A stretch of 64,000 bases of DNA from IMG/VR virus record IMGVR_UViG_3300022743_000002, positions 23,751 to 87,750 of that record; one strand, written 5' to 3'. The notes below the pieces were generated by a model. The model saw only the letters and a list, made by a program, of their open reading frames with translations. It did no database searches and was not told the origin of the DNA. Below are positions 9,649 to 17,061 of the stretch, in pieces; positions within the stretch are counted from its first letter, which is position 1, and every line of letters starts with the position of its first letter. Position numbers and translations under genes: made by a program. The stretch comes from a virus.

Positions 9649-11230
9649 GCCCCTTCAAATTCCACAAGATCATTCTAGGCGTTGGCATAGATTTAGTCAA
9701 ATTTGATGATTCATTCTGTTGTTGTTTCTCACCAGCCTTAGCTTTCTCCCAGGCATCACCGTAGAGAGACTCCTGCTCTTTCATGGCGGCGGCGTGCGTC
9801 TCACGGTCCTTGGCGTCCCATTTGCTTGTATCTGAGCCAACGCCATTCTCGCGATATTTACCTTCTATTGATCGCGTTGTCTCGTATGGCTTGTGGCCTT
9901 TTTCCTTGGCCAGCGTCATTGGCTTCACGTGCACCTGCATCTCGGCGAGCATGCCGTTGGGTAGCCGCATGATCATGTTGATATCGCGGTAGCCGCCCGG
10001 CAATGGCTTGACCAGGTTGTTCTTGGGCTTCTGCGCCAGCTCGATGCCGGCCGCCTTGAGCTCGGCGAGCACCTTCGGGATTTGGGTGACGCCAGGCACT
10101 GCGATTGTGGCGCGCACCATGTCGCGCAGCTGCGACCAGTCGCCGTCGTAGTCCTGGGCGACCTTCTCCTTGGCGCGCTTCTCGCCCTTGAGCGGGCCCA
10201 TGAACAGGTAGCCGCGATCGTCGTCCCAGTGCTCGGGCAGCATGTAGTCGGTGTCGGACAGGTCGGCCGGATTGCGGCCTTCCTTCTCGGCGTTGATCTT
10301 CTCCTCGTGCTGGGCGTGGTCCAGCGACTGCGGGCGCTTGCCGGTCACCAGACCAAGATTCTGCGCGACCTTGCTGAGCATATCGCTGTACTGCTTCAGG
10401 CCTTCCTCGCCCTTGGACTTCAGTTCATCCCATGACTGGACAGGCTGATTGACCTTGGTCGGCAGCTTATCGAGCTCTGAGGTATCGAATAGCGCGCGAG
10501 CGATCCCCTCGGCGCCGTCGGGGGCCGGCTTTGGCGTTCCCGGCGCGTCTACCTGGTTGGGTTGCGTCTCCTGGTGCGGACTCGCGTCCGGCTTACCTTC
10601 GCCGCCCCAGTGGTGGGTAATTTTGTCATGCGTTACAAGGTGTTGGCCACCGGCGCTGTCCCGGACACGCACGCCGTCCTTGCCGGATGCCGTTACCTCG
10701 CCGTGCCCCTTGTGCTCGCCATTGGCAAAGCCGACGTGCTGGCCGCGCTGGGCCGGCGGGCTACCCTGGTCAGTGCTGACCCACTTGGTAGTTTGAACGC
10801 CATTCTTATCAGTGATTACCTTCTTTTGCAGACCGGGTGCACCAGCGTAGGTTCCCGGCGCTGACGCCTTCATAAATAGCATGACGGGCCGCGTGTGCCC
10901 CATTGATTTAGCGACCATTGGGTCTTCCTTGGATTCGTTTGGTATTGCCACAAATCGACGCCGGCCGGACTTGTCCTCGACCAGCATGCCATCCTCTCCT
11001 TGATCGACGACGGCGTATTTTTGCAGGGCCCGGGTCTTGTGACCAAGGACCTTGTCCCATCGGACCGGGTGATGGCCGCCGTCAATCTCGACGGTTACGC
11101 CGTGCTTTCCGTGCGCCTTGACCAAGCCGGTGCGCGGTTGTCCGCGGTGGTGCACATACAGATGGTCGCCCACCTCGACGTCGTGGCGCGGCTCCGGCTC
11201 CGGGCGCGGCTTAGGCTTCTGGTAGGTCAT
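9632..11230 (-). CDS. Multidomain protein with a C-terminal RelA/SpoT-type small alarmone synthetase (nucleotidyltransferase) domain
   Basis: GPLKGEKRAKEK, QLRDMVRATI, GGYRDIN and AEMQVH match the four RSH synthetase motifs; ATGA-coupled to the portal stop. Confidence 0.82.
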   Translation of the reverse strand: MTYQKPKPRPEPEPRHDVEVGDHLYVHHRGQPRTGLVKAHGKHGVTVEIDGGHHPVRWDKVLGHKTRALQKYAVVDQGEDGMLVEDKSGRRRFVAIPNESKEDPMVAKSMGHTRPVMLFMKASAPGTYAGAPGLQKKVITDKNGVQTTKWVSTDQGSPPAQRGQHVGFANGEHKGHGEVTASGKDGVRVRDSAGGQHLVTHDKITHHWGGEGKPDASPHQETQPNQVDAPGTPKPAPDGAEGIARALFDTSELDKLPTKVNQPVQSWDELKSKGEEGLKQYSDMLSKVAQNLGLVTGKRPQSLDHAQHEEKINAEKEGRNPADLSDTDYMLPEHWDDDRGYLFMGPLKGEKRAKEKVAQDYDGDWSQLRDMVRATIAVPGVTQIPKVLAELKAAGIELAQKPKNNLVKPLPGGYRDINMIMRLPNGMLAEMQVHVKPMTLAKEKGHKPYETTRSIEGKYRENGVGSDTSKWDAKDRETHAAAMKEQESLYGDAWEKAKAGEKQQQNESSNLTKSMPTPRMILWNLKGRENGN

Positions 11231-12972
11231 GATTGAATTCTGAACACCGGCAGGCCAAACGACTTGGCTATGTCCTGCTGATCATCTCCGGGCCTCTCCG
11301 TAGCCCCAGCATCATCGGGCGCCCCGAAGTCTTGCCCGCCCTGATCGTCACCAAAATCCTGATCGCCGCCGCCGTCATCGCCGTCATCGGTCGACTGCCC
11401 AGGCTCAGCGCCAGGCTGGCCGTAGTCCTCTTGCTGCGGCATTGCCTCTTGTTGCCAGGCGCCAACCAGCGAGGGATTCAATGGAGCGTCACCCCACTTA
11501 CCGTCGGCCTTGTCGACGCCGTCCTCGGCTCGGATCTCGTTGACGGTGCGCGTCATTTTTTTGCGCTCCCAGATCGTCTTTTCGTCTTCCTCGTCCAGGC
11601 CGGTGAACTGGAATTCGTACTTGTCACTGAACTCGCCAATGACGTACTCGCTCAGCGTGGACTCGAAATAGCTCAGCAGGGGGCGCAGGCCCTTGTCTTT
11701 GCTGTTGACGATCTTCTCCTCGGTGTCGTCTCCGCTCAGCGATGACGTTCCGGACGTGAAGCTCTCAAAATTGATTTCCTCGGGCGCAATGCCGTAGATC
11801 GCGCAGATGATGGATGACAAGAACGTCATCCACTTGGCGAACATGATTTCGTTGGCGGCGTTACCGAATTCCGTGAAGTCGGCTTTCGACTCCTGATCCT
11901 TGGACACCATGACGGGCAGCGTCCAGGCGTTATTGACGCCCTTGACCATGCCGTTCCAGTAGCGCTTAAAGGCGGCAACATCCTCGTCGCTGTAGTTTCC
12001 GTACAGGTTCAGCATGCCCTTGGGTATGGCGTTGCTGTCGAAAAATTTGGTGTTGTAGGTGAAGGCGTTCAGAAAGCCCGTCACCACGCGGATAAGCAGT
12101 TCCGTCTCGGACAGTCCGTAGCCGCCAGCAAGCACGTCGGTGCGTGGGTTGCGCGGCACATACACCAGGTCGTCATAGGTGTAGGCGCTGCGGATCTGGC
12201 CTTGCACGACCTGGAGGGCGAAAATCTCGTCTTCGCCTTGGTAGCCGTCTTCGCTGCACAACCGAATGGTGGCTCCGTCGACGGCGTACATGCCGTCCAG
12301 GCCGAGCGACTTGTCGCGCTTCCACTCGGTCTCAATCGGTGCGCTGTCCATGGTGAGGCTGTCGCGCACCAGCTTCATCATGAAGTTTTGGAAGTTGTCG
12401 CGCTTCAGGCGCAGGCGCTGGCGGGGCTTGGTCTCCCAGCCGCTGTTGGTCACGAATGACTCCAGCAGCTTAATGGTGGCCTTTTCGTTTTCGTCGATGT
12501 TCTCCAGCTTTTCCTTGCTGGCGATCCTGAAACCCGACCCCTTGCCACCCTTCTGCGGCCGGCAAAACCTGGCCACCTGGCGCTGGCGCGTCATTATGAC
12601 GGCGTTCAAAATCGGCGTTTGGTCCACCATGGCGCGCATGGCATCAAACGTGAATTGGCCGGGTCGCTCGAACCAGTCGCCGTTGATGTTGATCTGCAGG
12701 TCGTCCAGCCAGACCGACTGCATGCCGGGCTTCTTGTCTTTGATGGCATTCGACGGGAACGGGATGACGTTCTGCTTTTGCAGCGACTTCGCCATGGCCT
12801 GATCGTCCAGGTCACGGTTGATGTAGTCAATGATGGGCTGAATGTTCGCCGCCGGTATCAGGTCCGACAACGCCTTGGGCATGCTGGATTTTTGAAGCTC
12901 CGCCATGGCTTCAGTCCGCTCGTCGGCGGGCGCACGTGGATCAGCGAGTATGGCGCGGGCAGCATCAGTCAT
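11227..12972 (-). CDS. Portal protein
   Basis: 581 aa; AVDGATIR, RNPRTD...YGLS..E, FFDSNAIPKGML, ICAIYGIAPEEI, GLRPLL, TVNEIR; acidic C-terminal tail. Confidence 0.9.
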   Translation of the reverse strand: MTDAARAILADPRAPADERTEAMAELQKSSMPKALSDLIPAANIQPIIDYINRDLDDQAMAKSLQKQNVIPFPSNAIKDKKPGMQSVWLDDLQININGDWFERPGQFTFDAMRAMVDQTPILNAVIMTRQRQVARFCRPQKGGKGSGFRIASKEKLENIDENEKATIKLLESFVTNSGWETKPRQRLRLKRDNFQNFMMKLVRDSLTMDSAPIETEWKRDKSLGLDGMYAVDGATIRLCSEDGYQGEDEIFALQVVQGQIRSAYTYDDLVYVPRNPRTDVLAGGYGLSETELLIRVVTGFLNAFTYNTKFFDSNAIPKGMLNLYGNYSDEDVAAFKRYWNGMVKGVNNAWTLPVMVSKDQESKADFTEFGNAANEIMFAKWMTFLSSIICAIYGIAPEEINFESFTSGTSSLSGDDTEEKIVNSKDKGLRPLLSYFESTLSEYVIGEFSDKYEFQFTGLDEEDEKTIWERKKMTRTVNEIRAEDGVDKADGKWGDAPLNPSLVGAWQQEAMPQQEDYGQPGAEPGQSTDDGDDGGGDQDFGDDQGGQDFGAPDDAGATERPGDDQQDIAKSFGLPVFRIQS

Positions 12973-12978
12973 GCCTGA

Positions 12979-12994
12979 AGGGTAACGTCACGAC
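12979..12994 (-). promoter_or_regulatory. Putative late promoter GTCGTGA-CGT-TACCCT
   Basis: Motif copy; portal ATG follows after 6 nt. Confidence 0.75.
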
Positions 12995-13012
12995 ATTTTT
13001 TATCCCGGAGTG

Positions 13013-13042
13013 TTGCTTATTTTTGAGTAATGGCATTAGAAT
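13013..13042 (+). promoter_or_regulatory. Sigma70-like promoter TTGCTT-18-TAGAAT
   Basis: Precedes AAGGAG and the ATG at 13067. Confidence 0.55.
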
Positions 13043-13066
13043 TCGTCAACATTCACAAGGAGTTTT

Positions 13067-13309
13067 ATGCACACACCCGAACAAGCCAAAGGCCTTTGGT
13101 GCCCAATGGTGCGTATTGCGCGCCGCGAAGACCCGGACCCGAATGCCCGCACCACCGTCGTCGCAGGCTGCAACACCGACGCCCTTGGCAAGGTCCGCGT
13201 ACCCGCGTCCTGCCGCTGCATCGCCAACGAGTGCGCGATGTGGCGCTGGGCGGATGGTCCGGACGGCCTGGGGTACTGCGGGCTGGCTCCGCTACCCAAA
13301 ACTGATTAG
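13067..13309 (+). CDS. Cys-rich hypothetical phage protein
   Basis: Good SD; WCPM...CIANECAMWRW...GYCGLA. Confidence 0.75.
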   Translation: MHTPEQAKGLWCPMVRIARREDPDPNARTTVVAGCNTDALGKVRVPASCRCIANECAMWRWADGPDGLGYCGLAPLPKTD

Positions 13310-13396
13310 CAAGCTGTTTTTATTTTGTATTTCCCCAGTGAAACTCTGGAGACGCCAATATCCCGGGCGCGAGTCGGGCGCAAATTACCTACCATC

Positions 13397-14308
13397 ATGT
13401 TTAAGAACGCAAGTGTTTTCAAAATCAAACTAACCCAGCACGCGCTGACGCAGACACTGAACGACGCCGCTGGCCGCGCACTTTTCCTGCCATGCTACCC
13501 AACTCAGGAGCGCTCAGTCGGCTGGGTTTCACCACGCGGCCATGAGCACGGCCCGCTGGTGGAGAACATTGGCGGGCACCTGATCATGCGCTTGATGATC
13601 GAAACCAAGACGGTGCCAACCCAGGCCATCGATGACGCCGTGGCTGCCAAGGTCAAGAAGATCGAGGAGACCACCGGACGCAAGCCCGGCAAGAAGGAAA
13701 TGAGCGAGCTCAAGTCAGACGCGCGCCTGGCTTTGCTGCCAAACGCATTCGCGCAGCGCGCTGCCGTCTTTGTTTGGATTGACCGGGAAAACGGTCGGCT
13801 GGTGCTGGACGCCGCCGGCCAGAACCGCGTCGACGAGGTCGCCACGCAGCTAATCAAGCTGGTGGACGGCGTCGTCATCGGGTTCCTGACTACCCAGACG
13901 TCGCCGGCTGCCGCCATGACGATGTGGCTCAATGACCACGACGCACTCGCCAGAGACTTCAGCATTGGCCGGTCCGCCACGCTCAAGGCTACCGACGAGA
14001 GCAAGGCGGTCGTGCGTTACACACGCCACGGGCTGGACACCGACGAGGTCCGCCAGCATATCGCCCAGGGCAAGATAGCGACCAAGCTGGCGCTGACGTA
14101 TCGCGATCGCGTGGCTTTCACGCTGACTGACGGCGGAGTGCTGACTGGGCTCGAATTCCTTGACTCCGTATTCGAGGAGCGCGCCGACACGGCCGCCGAC
14201 AGCTTTGACGCCGACGTCGCCATTCTCACCGGGGAGTTGTCCAGGCTGATCCCTGACCTGGTCGAGGAAATGGGCGGGGAGTTCGATGAAGAAGGCGGCG
14301 CAGCATGA
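13397..14308 (+). CDS. rdgC: Recombination-associated protein RdgC
   Basis: MFKNA start; GWVSP, ETKTVP, LLPNAF, FDADVAILTGEL, EMGGE; about 303 aa. Confidence 0.93.
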   Translation: MFKNASVFKIKLTQHALTQTLNDAAGRALFLPCYPTQERSVGWVSPRGHEHGPLVENIGGHLIMRLMIETKTVPTQAIDDAVAAKVKKIEETTGRKPGKKEMSELKSDARLALLPNAFAQRAAVFVWIDRENGRLVLDAAGQNRVDEVATQLIKLVDGVVIGFLTTQTSPAAAMTMWLNDHDALARDFSIGRSATLKATDESKAVVRYTRHGLDTDEVRQHIAQGKIATKLALTYRDRVAFTLTDGGVLTGLEFLDSVFEERADTAADSFDADVAILTGELSRLIPDLVEEMGGEFDEEGGAA

Positions 14309-14520
14309 GTGAATCGGAGATTGAATCGCTTCGCTCTCGCGTGAGGGAATTATGCAACCTCGTCCGAAAGGTGCACAAAGCCAAGGGCCGATACCACACC
14401 CAGCTGGCGATGTGCGACCTGTTTGACTCCGTGGGTCTGCCTAGTGAGCGCCCAGAGAAGGATGGCGCGAGCGCGCGCGAACACAATCGCCCCGACGACA
14501 CTGAGGGCGGGAAAATATGA
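14305..14520 (+). CDS. Hypothetical protein
   Basis: ATGA coupling on both sides. Confidence 0.7.
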   Translation: MSESEIESLRSRVRELCNLVRKVHKAKGRYHTQLAMCDLFDSVGLPSERPEKDGASAREHNRPDDTEGGKI

Positions 14521-15041
14521 TCACCTACAAGACCCAACCAGGAACCATACCCCATCGAGCGGTCGCGTATCTGCGAACTTTGCCACCGGGAACGCAAAAA
14601 AGTACCGCAGAGCTGGCGCACGCCATTGACGCGGACCCGGAAACCATTGTGTTCACCATGCGCCCAGCGCGAGATGCCGGGATGGTCAATGCCGAATACG
14701 TGCCTGGCGACAAACGACGACTGTACTGGAGTCTTGGCAATGGATTGCAGCAGCCAACACCGGCCGAACAACCCGATAAGCAGCCCGCGCCTACACGCGA
14801 GGCGGCCAAACCAAAAGCGAAAAAAGAACCAAAAGCCGCGCCACCGGAAAGCTCCGAATTAGACGCCAACCCGCCGACGGCAGTAAAAACAAAGAGGACG
14901 CGAACCCCGAGGCTTCGCCGCAATTTCCGCGTTGGGTGGTTCACCGATGGCACGGCACATATTGAGATAGGGCAACATAAATTCGTCCTGGACAGCGTCG
15001 AGACGGCGGCCATCGCGGACATTTTCAAGAGGTTGAAATGA
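14517..15041 (+). CDS. Hypothetical protein with an N-terminal winged-HTH-like region
   Basis: STAELAHAID...; translationally coupled. Confidence 0.65.
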   Translation: MITYKTQPGTIPHRAVAYLRTLPPGTQKSTAELAHAIDADPETIVFTMRPARDAGMVNAEYVPGDKRRLYWSLGNGLQQPTPAEQPDKQPAPTREAAKPKAKKEPKAAPPESSELDANPPTAVKTKRTRTPRLRRNFRVGWFTDGTAHIEIGQHKFVLDSVETAAIADIFKRLK

Positions 15042-15322
15042 TTGAACCAATCAAGGCCGGCGACATGGCCGAAGTCGTTGGTGGCCTGGGCAGGGCCAAA
15101 AGCCCGAACCTTGGGCTGATCGTTACCGTCGTGTCATTCCAGGGCGAGCATAGCCAGCATGGCCGGATATGGCGCTGCAAGTCGCCGCACCTTCAGCAAC
15201 TTGGCGATGCCGGGCAGTATGTAATCGCCGGATGGGCTGACCTGGCTCAATCATGGCTTCGCAAGATTGAGCCGCCAAAGTTCAAAACCGCCACGTCGGC
15301 GAAGCTCGAAGCCAGTCATTAA
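15038..15322 (+). CDS. Hypothetical protein
   Basis: ATGA coupling; IKAGDMAEVV...LRKI pattern. Confidence 0.7.
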   Translation: MIEPIKAGDMAEVVGGLGRAKSPNLGLIVTVVSFQGEHSQHGRIWRCKSPHLQQLGDAGQYVIAGWADLAQSWLRKIEPPKFKTATSAKLEASH

Positions 15323-15366
15323 ATTACGCCGCCGGGTGCGTTACCCGGATTTTCTAGGAGACTCCA

Positions 15367-15642
15367 ATGAATAAGACACAACTGATTGCAGCCGTCGCAT
15401 CAGACACAAACCTGAGCACCGAAGATGCTCGCAAAGCCGTCGATGCTGTAATTTCCAACCTATCGTCCGGCATGAGGAACGGGGACACCGTTACCATTCA
15501 TGGCTTTGGCTCGTTCAGCGCAGCAGACAAAGCCGCACGCATGGGTCGCAACCCAAACACCGGACAGGCGACAGAGATTGCCGCCCGCAAGGCGCCGCGA
15601 TTCAAACCAAGCGCAGCGCTCAAGGCTGCTCTAAACGCCTGA
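15367..15642 (+). CDS. hup: HU-family histone-like DNA-binding protein
   Basis: MNKTQLI...GFGSF...GRNPNTG...PRFKPSAALK. Confidence 0.95.
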   Translation: MNKTQLIAAVASDTNLSTEDARKAVDAVISNLSSGMRNGDTVTIHGFGSFSAADKAARMGRNPNTGQATEIAARKAPRFKPSAALKAALNA

Positions 15643-15736
15643 TTTCGCACCCTCCCACATCAAATTTACATGCCTGGCTTGCAAAAAGCTCAAGACCGGT
15701 ATATTCGCCCTCCCCGAAGCGACGCGGGGAGGGGAA

Positions 15737-16582
15737 ATGGGCTCGTCAATTCAATACAAACCAGGCACAAAGAGACGCGACGCCAGGCTTGGTGATGTTC
15801 ATGTGCACGTATTTGAAGACGCCATCGGAATAGATTCAATCGTCGTACCAGAGCACTCCATTTTTATTCTGGCTCGCGGCGTTTCGATGGTCGACATTTT
15901 AGAATCCGGTGAGCTACCAAGGCACACATACGGAGCTGGGTCCATCAGGTTTCTCCCGGCTGGCACACACCTATCGTCGGTCGATGTTTCTGCGCCCTAC
16001 ACAGAGACGATGATCCGCGTTCCGGAAAGCGCGTTCCGCCAGGCCGCCCGCGACAAAATTTGCTACAACTCACTGCAGTGGAGCTTTGTGAGGGCGCCAG
16101 CTGAGAAGACGTTCGGCGTCGCCCAAACGCTAGCCAATGTAGCCATGGCTGAGAATCCATCCCCGCTGTTTGTAGACGCCGTAATCAATGCGCTTTGCAT
16201 TGGCGTCATGTGCACCAACATGGACCGGACCTATGAGGCCACGCGCCAAGTTCCGGGCGGGCTGTCGCCAGAGCGGCAGCGTCGCGTCGTCGAATTCATT
16301 GAGAAAAACCTATCGGAGACAATCACGCTATCCGACGTGGCTCATGTCGCCGCGCTGAGCCCGTTCCATTTCAACCGGGCATTCCGCGCATCGATGGGCA
16401 CAACGCCATCGAGGTATGTCATGTCCATGCGGGCGTTAAGAGCCAAGCGGATGCTGTGCGACCGCACAATGCAAATCGCCTGCGTAGCGATGGAGTGCGG
16501 ATTCAGCAACCAAAGCCATTTCACCACGGCCTTTAAGAAGGCAACCGGGATGACGCCGGCAGAGTGGCGCCGCAATAACTGA
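15737..16582 (+). CDS. AraC-family transcriptional regulator
   Basis: LSDVAHVAALSPFHFNRAFR...VAMECGFSNQSHFTTAFKKATGMTPAEWR. Confidence 0.92.
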   Translation: MGSSIQYKPGTKRRDARLGDVHVHVFEDAIGIDSIVVPEHSIFILARGVSMVDILESGELPRHTYGAGSIRFLPAGTHLSSVDVSAPYTETMIRVPESAFRQAARDKICYNSLQWSFVRAPAEKTFGVAQTLANVAMAENPSPLFVDAVINALCIGVMCTNMDRTYEATRQVPGGLSPERQRRVVEFIEKNLSETITLSDVAHVAALSPFHFNRAFRASMGTTPSRYVMSMRALRAKRMLCDRTMQIACVAMECGFSNQSHFTTAFKKATGMTPAEWRRNN

Positions 16583-16670
16583 GTCACAAGCTGTTTTATA
16601 TGTGACGCCAAGTTCGCGCCACCATTAGCTTTTCGCGTGTTTTCCGTTTTCTCGTGTGATAGCCGGGCGC

Positions 16671-17039
16671 TTATCGGGCGCCAGTTACGCGCTTTTCACC
16701 GTCGTATTTTGCCTTTGCGTCCTTCAGCGGCTGCTGGCGCTTCTTTAGCTCCATGTGCGCATAGTGCACCTCGTCGATGTACTGTCCGCCCTTTTTGTCG
16801 TTGCCCATTGCGTAGGCGTGCTTGGCCGCCTCTTTGGCATCCTTGATCACGTAATGGAGCTGGTCTTCGCTGTAGGTCGCAAATTTGCCCTGGGTCCGGC
16901 TGTGCCAGTTTTCCTCGTCGCGCCAGTCTTTTTTTGGTTTGGCGGCCTGCCGCTTGTCGTCATGCGCACCCACAACGGAGCCGTCCTTGCGCGTGAACGT
17001 ATCAATGTGCGACTTGAAAAATAGGGCGAGTGCTTTCAT
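16671..17039 (-). CDS. Small KS-tagged protein, candidate internal head protein
   Basis: MKALALFFKSHIDTFTRKDGSVVGAHDDKR closely matches an internal segment of 4823..7153; has its own late promoter. Confidence 0.8.
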   Translation of the reverse strand: MKALALFFKSHIDTFTRKDGSVVGAHDDKRQAAKPKKDWRDEENWHSRTQGKFATYSEDQLHYVIKDAKEAAKHAYAMGNDKKGGQYIDEVHYAHMELKKRQQPLKDAKAKYDGEKRVTGAR

Positions 17040-17045
17040 TCCCGC

Positions 17046-17061
17046 ATTTTGCGATCACGAC
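17046..17061 (-). promoter_or_regulatory. Putative late promoter GTCGTGA-TCG-CAAAAT
   Basis: Motif copy whose TGA is the terL stop codon; ATG follows after 6 nt. Confidence 0.75.

Noticed and set aside
1865-9706. TCAAATTTGA palindromes at about 1866 and 9697
   Set aside because: They lie inside coding sequence with no promoter context, so they were excluded from the operator set.
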